This document shows, one piece after another, positions 35,780 through 49,500 of a stretch of DNA of 64,000 bases; position 1 is the first letter of the stretch; each line of letters begins with the position of its first letter. Position numbers and translations under genes: made by a program. This DNA comes from Azolla caroliniana (Eukaryota > Plantae > Polypodiophyta), in contig JBHGNT010000003.1 in the NCBI GenBank assembly GCA_043228905.1, forward strand, positions 25,544,001-25,608,000, read 5' to 3'. The notes under the pieces are model-generated. The model saw only the letters and a list, made by a program, of their open reading frames with translations. It was not told the origin of the DNA and did not search any database.

Positions 35780-37944
35780 GGATCAAGAATTAATTGTATC
35801 ATGGCAAGAAGTCCTCTCTTTATTTGAGAGGTTACCACAATCTAGAATAGTGAAGTGTAATTCCTTACAAAGGGAGGTAGTTTGTGTCATCTTGGTTATT
35901 ATCATGGCAATGAATATGGTCGAGGGTGTTTTTGTATTTTTCCTTGTAATATTTTACTTATGAACAAGAAATGAATTTCCATTCAATATATGGTGGTCAC
36001 CCCTCGATTACTTTAAGGCATACGAGTCGAGAGGTAGGCACAAGTTAGCAAGTAATTGAAGAAACAATTATAAACTCATACCGTTAAATCATTAAGAAAT
36101 ATTCATGGTGGAAGGTTGCCAATAAGTTTGAGACATAGTAATGGAAATCCTTAAACCATGCATATTTGCTAATTACAAGGTTGTGTAGAACTCAAAACCA
36201 GACAAGGATAGGGATGACAGAGAAGATGTGTTGGTGTCCATGTCAGTTTTGTTCATCTATGGTACTTGTGCAACACATGGATGCACTAGTTCCTTTGTGA
36301 AGCAAGGCCATTGGAAGATGGGGTTGGGAGGGATTTAGCATATGATTGCAAGAAGCTTGATCAAGAAATGACAAACATTTTTTATACAAACATCATATCC
36401 CAAGAAGGTAGAAGAAGGTGATTCGGTGTTGTTCTATGACATCTTACACAGTAAGCATAATAGTATACATAAGTTTGTTATTTGTTGATTTGGTCCATAT
36501 TCTACAAATAAGTTTAATCAAAAGATTAGCAAAAACATTTGGATCAACTAATATGACTCGAATCTCATGTTCATTTGATCATTAAAAATGATCCAAATGG
36601 TATGGTGGGTCATTAACTATAGTCTATTGGAAAAACTACAATACGAGGCAACGTTTTCAAGATGTGTGGCCATGTGATTCCAACGAAGTTTAGAAGGGTC
36701 TGGGCCTCTCATGACAGGGCAATTTGCAAGATCAACGAAGTTGCATCACAAATCTTAAAACAATTAATGTTTTACACGCAAGCATGCGAAGATTCAAGTG
36801 CCACCCCATTCATAGGTGCTTACACTTAACAATAGGTTTCCTTGAGCAAACCACAAGAAATGAAGACTATCACATGATGAGGCAACAATTTCACCATTTT
36901 AATATTTAGGTTCATGTCACTAATCAAGGCCCACTTTTGCCTCAACCTTACACTTTAGTTGTGTGATTTCATTTGTTGGTTGGTACCAATTTCCATTAAT
37001 GCAATATGCCATTATAACCTTAGTCTAGGTTCACTCATCTATCATTAAAGGTAGAAAGGTTGTTGGGCATGATGGACTTTTATAGCTGGTACAACACACA
37101 ATCAATAGATATGAATTCAATAAAATTTCTAAAACAAAATAAAATTGTTGTGGCTGGTTATCATTGGGTTCAATTGAAAACCTCGTTTCAACCAAACTCT
37201 GACACATGTAGTCAGCAATGCTGCTGTAGGCCGTCAAAATGTGTTTTTACAAGTGCTCTTTGTAACAATGGGTACATGTGAATCCAACTTTGTTGTTAGC
37301 ATAGCTGTTCCATGTATCACTATCAGCAATCAAAAGTAAACGATACTAGAACCATTTAGGTCACAGAAGGTTAGTAATCTTTAAAGTGGTATTGTTCGTT
37401 AGAAAAATCTCCCCATTTGATTGGCAAGGTACTCACACAGTGTGGGTTCCCCATTTTTAATATATTTAATTTGAACAATGTCTTGTCCAAAAAATGTGGA
37501 TAAAAATATATATTACAAAGGTGTCAAAAGAGTCATTGGATGCTGCCAATATCTTCTTTTTCTATGGATGGGGCAATTCTGGAACACAAAACAGAGCCTC
37601 CTGATAAGGCAATGATCACATAGTAAACTTATTGAACTTAGCCCCTTTCACTGAACCATGGAATAATGCTTCTTGGTCTGTGATGATGAAGTAAATTGCT
37701 AAACTTTTCACCCCCTAATGAACATGGTGGTTGGTGCCTTTCTTCACATACAAAAAATTGTCTATTTGGTACTTCAAGCCTAAGAGGTTGGTCAATCATG
37801 AATTTTCAATGTTGAGCTTCTGGTAAACCCCAGGATAAGATATCCAGAGGGAGCCAAAATCATCCTTCAATATAACTTTGTGGTTTTGTAATTGATTTAG
37901 TAACCTATGATAGCATGGTTGGCTGAAAGATTATCCAGAAAACC

Positions 37945-40900
37945 TCAGTGCTTGTTCTTTGAATCATCAGAATAAGGACAAAACGCTCCCACAAGAAACC
38001 CGGCAAGAAAAGGTGGCTGTAATAGAAAAACAAAATACTCCAAAAAATTTAGTATAAATTATTTTAAGACAAAAACTGTGGCATTTTGACTAACAAACCA
38101 AAAGAAATGAGTGGCACTTTTATAACACTTGAAAAAAAATCAAAATCTAGATCCCTAGGAAAGAAGAGGGTTATTTTGCATAAGGATCGTGTATATCATA
38201 CCTTTGGCAAACCCCGTTTGAAGTGATAGACAAATCGATTTTTCCCATTAAGTAGGAATGCACTCTGCTTTCTCATACAACTAACACATTGCGGATAGAA
38301 TCGCTGGGCTGTATTCTTTGGGACATGAAACAATGAGACCCAAAAATCTCGTGTTCGCTGTTTTTGCTGTAGCGACTTTACTATTACACTTGGAGGTATA
38401 TGATCAGCAATGCTGAAAAATGAAAAGACAAGGCTGATGAGATGTATGCTTGAGAAAAAACAAGAAAAATAAAAAGTGGCAAACCAAGGATTTCAGAAAC
38501 TTTTAGCTATCTATTTTATGGACATTTTCAGAAATTTGGCCAAATTTATAACTCTTCAAGAACTTGTAATATTCACTAAGAATTAATGACAATCTCATGA
38601 AACGTCAGAAACTAACCAACCCTGGTAAAAGTAACCCAAGGTAAAAAAGGAACTAATACTTAGAAGCTAGTCGAAAATGTTATGGAAAACTGAAAAATCA
38701 AATCCCAACATTTTTATTATATAGGGTTTCCATTTTATATAAGATATCAATCATTGATACAATGAGTCTTTGACTTTTAGGTTCCTACAAAGCAAGCTCC
38801 GCATCATTTATGACGGCAATACCTTTTCCCAGATCTCCTACCACAATGGTGACAACCATCTTGCCGGAAAGCTTCATTCAGTTGTTTATACTGAGATTGA
38901 GAAGCTTGATTTGGTCCAGCAGCTATAAAAACCATTTTTACTCAACGAAAGTAATGAGACATGAGAAGAAAATCTAAGGACTAAAACTTTTACCAGGGAT
39001 TGAAAAGTTGGAAAGTGCCCCACGCCGGCAAACATCACTGGGCATCAGGTTGCAAAATCTTCCACCAAGAACCTGAGTAAATCTTCCATCAGGTATTTTC
39101 CTTCTTCTGAAAATGCATGTTTTCCAGCAAAATAAAACGATAAAATAATAAATAAACAAATAAAAATCAAAAAAGAAATCCGTGAGGCCAAAATAGAGAA
39201 AAATGTAATTCTCAAGAAGGCATCTGCTTCAAACTGGCATGTCCTATGAGTATGGAGGCCAATGTACACACAGATGTTTTGAAAATTCCTTTAGAAAAGG
39301 ACATTCAGACGAATCCTAAAAAGGTTCCTTATGACGTGTTTCCAACCTTGGATCCTAGGATGATTGCAGTACTATGCATTTGGGTGACATTGATCAAGCC
39401 TGGATTCATTTTCAAGTTGTGAATGCTGGCTAGATTTCATTCAGTAATAAATCACACAGGGCTTCATTGATAAAATGGAGTATGCAAAAGTATCCACAGC
39501 AATAAATGGAGTGATTCTTTTATTCAATAAGCCACATTATATGGTTATTATCTCGTGGATCATCTTTGAAGCACAAGTGGCAAAGAATCAACTGTTGCAA
39601 TATGATGGTGCCATACCTTAAAGGCAACCAAACCAGAAATTATCGAAAAAGCTGCATCATCTTTTGGGATTATAAAGTCTTCAAGCCTGTTTGGACCATG
39701 TGCCAAATACTTTTGGATGGCATAGGATACCTGCATACAATGAAGACACAAGAAAGTAACTGTCTGGAATGCCAATTACATTTATCTGCTTATAAAGCTA
39801 AAAGTTTGTAAAGAGATCATTGCAAGCATCACCATGAAACTGTGCTGAGTTCATATATACACATGTGGATAGAGCAAACCTTCTTCAACATGTGCATTTG
39901 TTTTATGGCACATTGGAATAGATGCTTGGTATTAAATCCATGGATTTTAACAAATTGAAGTAAACTTTAGCTTAACAGTTTACTCCATTAATGTTGTTTT
40001 TGTTTTGAGTATCCCATCATGTACACTTTCTTGAGTCCTACTAAAGTTCTTATGGGATTTAAGCATATCCATTTATATTAAAATCATCGAAAAAAACTCC
40101 AAATTCTGTTACATCAACTCGAGATTATTTATGCTTTCTCATATATAATTCATTCAACCAGACGTATATTCTGCTTCAATGACTTCTAGATTGTTTATAC
40201 TCTTTAATAAACAATCTCTGCAATCTGGTTGGGGAAATCTTGCATTGTTCATGTTCTCTTATAAACAATCTATTCATCTGGATGCAGATTCTGCTTCACC
40301 AATATCTATATTATTTTCTCACACATAATCTACTTGTTTACATCAGCCTGTTTATGATCTCTCATAAAAACGAATCCATTTTAATACGAGTTTATGCTGT
40401 TTTATGAACGTACTTTATGCTGTTTTATGAACAAATTTCTTCAAGCTAGACTGTTTATGCTCTCCAATAATCAATTTCTTCACCAAAATCTAGAAATATC
40501 TTCTGGATTGTTTATTCTTTCATAAAACAACATTTTCATCAATATCTCCTCATCAGCATTAATTTGTTCTCACATTATTAAATCCAAGAGTTCAAATTCT
40601 CAGATATATCACCATACAAAGATCTCATAAATTTGACATTGAAGATATACTAATGTTTTCCTTTTTTATAAATAAAATCTTCATCTATCAATGGATTCTG
40701 CTTTACACATATTGACATTGCTTATGCTCTCTCTCCTAAACAATATGTTCATCAACACATAGACACGCTAACAACATGTGAATTCTAGTTCACTGACATC
40801 CACATTGTGTATGCTTTCTTAGAAACAAAACTCTTAAAGTACATCTTCTGCATCAAAATTGCTCTTGCATTATTAGATACAAGCACTCAAATACTCTCAT

Positions 40901-41386
40901 TGATCTCCGATGTGAAAAAAAGGTACCTGGCCAGCAGCGAGAGAGCTGCTAGAGACAGCAAGGCATCCTAGCAACGAGCTCCATCCAAACGTTGCACATG
41001 AAACATGGCAAAACCTCCCTGCAATCTAAAATAGGAGCATCTCACGCATTACTTCATTACAAAAAAATCCAAATAGGAGAAGCTGGAGAGAAAGACGGAC
41101 ATATATGTACAGTTCAAATAAATGAACTGGGTTTTCTGTGTGTGTTTTTGTTCCCATTTTCCCCATCTTTTCCATGTTCCTATTTCTTTTTCATTGTCTG
41201 TTTTTTCTTTTTCCCCTTTTCATTTTTCATTTCATTTTCTTTTTTTTTACTTTTTCTTGCCTGAGCTGCGTGCAGAGATACTCCATAGGTTACCGCAGCA
41301 CCAGTAGCAGGAATTAGGGTTTTGAGGTAGCGAGGAAAAGAGGCGTCGTTGGCATCAGCGTCTCCTTTCTTATTTAGAACCACCAT
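37945..41386 (-). CDS. Uncharacterised ~266-aa membrane protein with a C-terminal HNH (beta-beta-alpha-Me)-like CxxC-DH-CxxC domain
   Basis: Seven exons: 41386-41261 (GC donor), 41025-40927, 39730-39617, 39072-38994, 38922-38823, 38412-38202 and 38016-37945, forming one continuous frame. Contains DGCHHCG...IADHIPP...QRFYPQCVSCMRKQ, three N-terminal hydrophobic segments and a hydrophobic C-terminal stretch. Confidence 0.8.
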
Positions 41387-41540
41387 GGTCTCTTCTATAT
41401 CTCTTCCCTGTCTCCCTCAGCCTCTTGTCGGATCGATCGATGGAAAGCCCGAAGAAGAAGAAGAAGAAGAAGAAGAAGAAGAAGAAGAGGTTTGGGTTCG
41501 AAACCTGCGAAGCTCCATTTCTTGTGACAAATAGTTTATA

Positions 41541-41798
41541 TGGAAAAGTACAAGGATACCCCTGGAAAGTTTGTCTATTTACCAGAATGCCCCTGGAAGT
41601 TTCAAATTTACCAAACTACCCCTATATCCAAAAAATTACAATTTATAAAGTAATTATACACTCAAATCTTTGGTAAATAGGGCTAGTTCGGGTTCATTTC
41701 TTCCATCTTTGGACATAAGGGTAGTTTGGTAAATTTGGAACTTCCAAGGGCATTCTGGTAAATAGACGAACTTCCAGGGGTATCCTGGTACTTTTCCC
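41541..41798. mobile_element. Mutator-like MITE with ~80-bp terminal inverted repeats
   Basis: ggaaaagtacaaggatacccctggaa...tttaccaaactaccc (41542-41620) pairs with gggtagtttggtaaa...ggggtatcctggtacttttccc (41719-41798). Imperfect 9-bp flanks tagtttata/tagttttgt. Confidence 0.82.
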
Positions 41799-42561
41799 TA
41801 GTTTTGTTTATATACTTGTATATTTATTTCTAGGCATATTGTTTACATAATTTACAAATCTAGACCTTTCTCTTTTCCATCATCCACCATTTTAGTTCTT
41901 CATATTGCTTCCTCAAGTGAAGCACACTATTTGGGTTCAAAACCACCCGCATGCATAAGAGATTACTTTTAAGCTACTTAATAAAACGAGTTGTTATCAA
42001 AGCATTCTGGGCTCAAAACCATCCACATACAGAGATGTTTTATTAAAAGCCAGGTTTACTGCCATAATTCCTTTTTGTGTGTTTATTGGGCACTTCTAAT
42101 GAAGATGTCTCAACCTCTCTCCATGTTCAATATATATCGTTTTGAGATTTTGACACAAAATAGAAGTTGCAAACACTTCTTCATTTACCTCGATTCTAAT
42201 GTTCATGCGACTACGTTGTCATTCGGTGTGGGAAGATGCAAGAGTCTCAAACCTTGTGACGTGTACATTATGTGAACCCTAAATTCACGACATACCTCCA
42301 ACAAAGAGACATCGAGACATGGGAACTCATCCCACCTCAACCACATTGAGGGCCATCAATTATTGAGGGATCTACAAAGTCTATACAAACACATCTAGAT
42401 GTGCACTTGGAGTCTACTAAGTTGGTGATGTGGCACGTTAATGAGATCACATAGACAACACCTTCTACAAAAGGGGAACCTTTGTCTGTTTGGAAGGCTA
42501 CACATACACTAATGGGATGGTAGCTTGGCTAGTGAAAAGTCTACTAAATATCTTCTTGTTG

Positions 42562-42563
<2 letters not shown>

Positions 42564-42623
<60 letters not shown>
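42564..42623. repeat. (CT)n microsatellite
   Basis: About 30 uninterrupted CT units. Confidence 0.95.
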
Positions 42624-42626
<3 letters not shown>

Positions 42627-42931
42627 TGCATATATTTATTATTCATACACACCTCCACTCATCCTCTTGCTAAACATTCACAAATATTATCGTCTAATTT
42701 GTCACTCATTTCCCAATCTTATTTCTCTCATACACTCATTGCCATTATCACGTGCTTACACATAAACGCTCATATACACACAAAGTGACATGGGTGGGGC
42801 AAATTCGTCAATCCAAATGTGGCCTAATTAGCTAAACTTGATTGATCTTCTACACCAATGATGAGGATCTTCTTGATTTGCAAGCAAGAGATCACTAAGT
42901 TAAGGGTATTCTTCGGGAAAATTTTGCTTGA

Positions 42932-43063
<132 letters not shown>

Positions 43064-46000
43064 TAAGATGAACTTCTTCACTTTCTTAAAATATATGAGG
43101 GTTGAAGTGAATTCACCCTTATTTTGCCCAATAAAATATCTAGTGAAGCAATCACCCTGTTTAGTTAAACGCGAGATGAAAATTCAGAAAGAAAATCATG
43201 AAGTTCAAAGACAAAGACGCAACTCTCAAAGGTGAGGAAAAAGAGGGCTTACTTGATAATGTGTTAAAATGAACAATAGGGATGTGAAAGAAATCACTCT
43301 GATTTAATTTTCTTTGAAATCTGGCCATCAACAAAAACCAACGGGAACATCTTGAAGTCTTGAATGCGATGATCAATATTGATTTTGGATAGAATTATCT
43401 AGCTAGAGATCACATAATCTATCTCATGTAAAATTCTTGACCAATTTATGTATTTTTTCACTTTTACGCATTATGTGAATGTCAAAAGATTAGAAGCAAA
43501 AGTTAAAGCAATATCAAGCGTCAGATCCTATCATCTTCTCATGTCCTCACATCATGTTTGAAAAACCCTCGCATTTGCCTAGTTTGGTTAATATTCCTAT
43601 CATTTTCTCATGTCTTCACCTCAATTTTGCTTATGTGTAACAATATGTCATAACATTCCTCTTTCAAAACATTGCATTAGTTTGTTGAATGAGTGATAAA
43701 GAAGACAAATGTGTGTCACGACCATTACTTGTTGACACAAATAGAGAGTTGATTGGTCACGATGTTACAAATTTTACATATCAAATCACCACCCCACATG
43801 CAGTCATATGTGCTTAATCGATATCACCCCCCATGATGAAAGAAGCATAACTCCATATAGTGAACCTCATTAACAGAATGATGATGGTACTTGTAGCTAA
43901 AGAAGTGGTTCAAAAATGGTATTGCGAACTTGCCACTCTTTCAATATTATACACTTCCACAAATTGATGAAAGAAACAAGGTACTACAACAAGAACTATC
44001 ACAACTCTTACAAAATTCATTTCGTGAACATTTAAGAGAATGGATCCATATATAGATCGATTGACGTCTACATGTCCCATAGTGCTCGCAAATGAATAGG
44101 CCTACTCAACATTTCCTTCAAGTTACTAGAGAATGAGGAAAGATGAGCACTTCACATATCTAGAACCAAAACATTTTCCAAATTATGTGAAAGAATGATT
44201 AAAAGCAAGGAACATTTGTAGGTGCCTAACTTTCAACCATATGGGTAATCAATATTAGTTTCACGAAACAATTTCAATCTCCAGCAAACATAGTGTGTTA
44301 GTGTGAGTTTCATGCTTTGATACTATGCTCTGCCTTAAATCACATTCAATAATGCTTTCCACACATCTTTCACCCAACCCAATATTTCCAAGAGATTTTC
44401 TCACAATCACAATGTGCACTCTCAATCGCTACTCACTTTCATATATGTATATTAGGTGAAAACATTATATTTATAATCTCAACTCATATTTGATCTCTGA
44501 AGAAAAAGTATTTTATTTGTTTTTGTACATGATAAAATTACCCTAGAAGGATATGATTGAATAAAATATTAGTCATTATTTTCTTTTGTATTGAATGATT
44601 TATGTAGCAATATGGTTGGTTCTCTTTACTCTTTCAAAGAAGACACATTAACCAACTTTGGCCTTTGAATAACTTGATCCATCTCCACCTCATACCCTCT
44701 TTGCTCCAACTCGACAAGGGTTGCCAAATCTTTAAATTGCATTTTCTTGATTTCTTTTACATTATCCAAATTATTGTCTAGAAGATTATGAACCGTCCCT
44801 TAAAAATGGGTTATCCTTTTCGTTAACACATTGGTATGGGATGAGAGGAAGATCTCCAAGGTGTCTCCAAATCTCACCTTGTACAAACCGATTCTTGTAT
44901 GATACCTTTGTGAGTATTGCTACAATAACCTTACAATATCCTCTATAGGGATTAATACTGTTGCACAAGTTTAACAACCATTTATTGTTGTCCATTCCAC
45001 TTCATCGTGCTTCTCTATAGTGTTTTGAATGAGCTCTAGTGGTTCGAGATCTTTTGAGAAGCTCTAAGCATAACCTAATGAACCAAACAAACAAAAAGCT
45101 TGGTTGCAATTGAATACCTAAACCCATGTTCACTGCAACATGGACTTTTGAAAAGATTGAGAGACCTTCGTAATCATAAACTATGGAAGGACCCATCCCA
45201 TGAGTATTTTCACACCGGAACTCTTTGGAATAAACTTGTATCACGTCTTTCAAGTGTAGTATTTGTTTCTCTTGGCAAAGTAAGGTGCATTTCATCAGTC
45301 ACAAATGTATCTTCTTTTAGCTCACCTTCAAGAAGATCCCCCAAATCAAACAACAGAGTCACTTGTTCAATGCAAAAAAAGAAGGGTTTCATTGTTTTTT
45401 AGAGAATTATATTGTACAGGAAGACAACCTATAAGAATGACCCAAATGTGTGAAGAATTAGGGTAGATGTTGGAAGCATGCTGCATAACTTGGACAAAGA
45501 GGAAAGATATCCAATGCATATGAATATGATTCAACCCCTCCTGAAAACAACATTGAGATATATGCTTAATACAATGTAAAATGGAACCATGGAAATCAAT
45601 ATAAATATCGAAATAGGAAAAGAGAAACCTCTTTTTTAGCTAAAAGATATGTGGAGTATGAAGTAATGAAAAGTGTTTCCATAAGTGGCCATTACCCAAG
45701 TATCTGGTTGCCAAATAATATGCATACAAGCAAAATCTGTGAACCGACTAGCCATTTCATTAGCACAAAATAGCAAGAAGACCATCAGTGGTACTACCTT
45801 ACATAGCAATAACATCATCAACCACATTAACTCACACGGAAAAGGAGCAGTGAGCTGGATGTGTAAACTACTACAGTAGTAACAAACCAGAGTTGGTCAC
45901 GCCTCATCATCGGTGATAAGAAGACTCTTCCGAATCGAAGGCTCTCCATCGTGGATCGAACAATGAATGCCACAGAGCATGTGTGAGGGAGTGCATTAAG

Positions 46001-46345
46001 CAAGACAGACTCATTCATGCATGAGCAAGAGAAATTGGATAGCCAGATCTTGGCGGCAATTGTGTGTGTATGTATATCATATATGTATATGCATATGTGT
46101 CTGTATGTATATGTATAGGCATATGTGTATGTATATGTGTATGTGTATGTACATATATGTACATACATATATGAACTGTCCTTTCCCCTGTTCTCTGCAT
46201 ATGTACTTGTTTGAATCACCGACGCTGCTTTAGCAAACTGCATATGTGGAAAGGAAGAAGTATGTAAAAAGGAAGGAAAAGGGAATTTGGAGGGTGGGCC
46301 AAGACATTGGGCGATGGCAACGTTTTGATTGTTACATCTCACTGA

Positions 46346-46380
<35 letters not shown>

Positions 46381-46572
46381 CTCTCTCTCTCTCTCTCTCT
46401 CTCAGACAGAAAAACAAGAAAAAGAGTAACCAGATCTTGAGAAGGAAACAAGAAAAAGAAGAAATACCAGATCACACACACAGAGAGAGAAAGAGAGGTG
46501 TCTACAGAGGACTACGGTGTGTGTGTATGTATGTGTGTGTGTGACAGAGAGAGATAATTCAGATTTGCAGCT

Positions 46573-49500
46573 ATGCTGGTCCAGAAAGATCCAGATAACT
46601 CTAATGGAGTAAGCAATGAAGATCAACACCCGATGCAGATAGATTTCAGAACAGGGTTCTTCAGATCTCAGCTCTTGAAAAAAGATCCAGGAAGGTTCAA
46701 CAAGAAAGGTACTCTTCTAACTTATTTTTCAGAGAATCCATCGAAAGTAGTCATATTGGGACTCATCTTCATCAGTGTTTTCATACTCTTTGTTGTGAAG
46801 AACAGAGGAGACTCCTCAGCTCTCCTTTGTACGGACACAAGAAACAGAGTATATGATAACCCTAATCCTTACCCTAATATTGACTTTGGGAAAGTTACAA
46901 CATTGAAAGATAAAGGAAAATTTCGTGTAGTAAAGGCATTGAAATGGGTTATATTGGCTACCTCTAACGCTCCTAGTGAAAAAATCAAAGCTATGGTTAA
47001 AATGCAAGGATGGCAATTACTCATTGTTGGTGACAGTGAAACCCCTAATGATTGGGATGTGAAAGGAGCGGTTTTCTTATCGGTTGAACAACAAGCAGCT
47101 CTCGGTTTTCGCATATTGTCACATCTTCCATATAATTCTTATGTGAGGAAATGTGTTGGGTATCTCTTTGCAATCCAGCATGGTGCCAAGATGATTTATG
47201 ATGGTGATGAAAATGCTTCTTTCCTTGAGAGTGATATCAGTAAAATTTTTGACGTAGATTTATCACCAAAATCAGGGAGAAAGACACTTTTGGAATATTT
47301 ACCTTCCGGCAATAGGACTACTTTGAACCCTTATATTCACTTTGGGCAGAGGTCGGTGTGGCCTCGAGGTCTTCCATTGGAGACTATAAGCAATATAAAT
47401 GCTGAGATATACTATGGTCATGTCTTGAGTGGTAAACAATTCATTCAACAAGGACTTGCTAATGGGTTTCCAGATGTTGATTTGATCTTCTATAATACGA
47501 GAAAATCAGTTTCAGAGTCATTTGATATAAGCTTTGATGCTCATGCTCTTCCAGTAGCTCTTCCAAAAGGCACTATGGCTCCTATTAATAACCTCAATAC
47601 TTTATTTCATTCAGTGGCATTTTGGGGGCTCATGCTTCCAATCTCAGTAAACTCTCGCGTTTCAGATGTGTTCAGAGGCTATTGGGCACAAAGGCTTTTG
47701 TGGGAAATCGGTGGTTATGTGGCTTTCTACCCACCTTCTGTATATAGGGAAGATACAAAAAAATCAAATTCTTTTGAAGAGGAGAATGATTTGCATGAAA
47801 AGGTGGGCAGATTAGTTGATTTCCTTGTTGGATGGACCTCGATAAAAGGGTCGTTTTTCGAAAGAGTGCTTGATCTTAGCCATTCAATGGCAGAAGCAGG
47901 ATTTTGGACATCTTTAGATGTGTCATATACGGCTGATTGGCTTCAAGACCTTTTGTCTGTGGGCTATTCCGAACCCACATTATCTGCACTTGAGGAAGTA
48001 AATCAATTAGACCAATTTGAATTTGTGCCTCTTGCTCTGCCTTCAGCACATCTTGGTGTTCAGGACACATCTACTGTGGGATTTGAGATAGGAAACCTAC
48101 TGAGATGGAAGAGATTCTACGGAAATATTGTTTTGATAATGGAATGCACATGGCCTGTTAATCAGACAGCTCTTGCTTGGAGAATGCTCTATGGTCGAGT
48201 TTTCAGGAATGTGGTGCTTTTGTCTAGCCAGAGTGATGCTCGTTTTGGGGTCATCGCAAGTGAAGATTGGCAGTCATACAAGTAAGTAATATAAAACAGA
48301 TTTCCTCTAGATATGATATGCTTGAGACTCTATTGTCATTACACTTTTATTTATTTTAATTAATATTTCATGCTCTATTTTAATTAATCATATTTATAGT
48401 TCTTATCTAAAAGTTGTAAAGGTTGTTTACAAATAAGAGATAATGCATACCATTGTCCTCTGCACATAATTATTTGTCAGAGTTATAGACTTAGTGTTTA
48501 TAATTGCAACTTAGTGTCAGAGTTATAGACTTGTACCTAGCTATTATATGCCATCAATGGCATGCAAAATGATGTGATCATTGCAATAGATATCTCTATG
48601 TGATAGTGCCTACCAGGATCTCATCCTGTATGTGTATCGCGAATCTTAAGATCCTATCCTGATAACTGCTTAAGTAACTCAATAACTAATTCATGTAGAA
48701 GACTTGAATCTTATTCTCCACTTAAACATCACGGATAAGGCAGTTATGCTCCATGCATGGTTAAATTCACATTGACTACCATACGGAGAACCATGAATCT
48801 TACCCCAAGCCTGATAAGCACTAATGGTAAGGCATCCAAGGGCAAGAGTTTTTTTTTTCATGCTTCCAAATGAAGGTTATGGCTGTCCTATTTATAGGAA
48901 TTCTTAACATTACATGGACCTCCAGTGCGGATTTTTGTGTGCACAATGAAAGAAATGCCATTCATTTCTATCACAAGTACTAAAAGACGTGAGGGTGTGA
49001 CAATGCCCATTGTTGGAAGGAGCTTATATATAGCACCCCAGACCAAGCTGAATGAGCTTACAGATCAAATAAATTAATTATCTACATAGTCTCTAGATTA
49101 CCTCCCTTTCTCAGCTAGAGGTGATTGATGATAAACATTGTGCTAGTCTAATTCAACTTAAAGCAAAAAGGAAGGAAACGTAATACTAATCCCAATCCTT
49201 GATTAACGAACATTATGAGTGTACAAGGTGTGCTCATAATCATGGATGGGGTTTTAATAAGGTCTTCCCTCATATGAAGATAGGACCATAAAATACGTTA
49301 TTTGTATCTAGGAAATCATTTGATTTATACTACTAATGTCCAACAATCCAACTTCCAAGTTACAGTGTTGTCATGTGACTGTTAACATTGACACGCACTA
49401 AGCTGTATGTATTATTAACTCATGACGACTTCCAATCTTGGAGGATGTTTAGATCGTGTTAATTTATCTGCTTCTTCATGTCTTTAGATGAAAGAAATTC

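Noticed and set aside
36330-36660. Traces resembling the 3' part of a Ty3/gypsy integrase (KKVEEGDSVLFYD, then GPY)
   Set aside because: Too degraded to call with confidence.
44650-45550. Minus-strand fragments reminiscent of LINE reverse transcriptase
   Set aside because: No clear conserved RT motif is recoverable; left uncalled.
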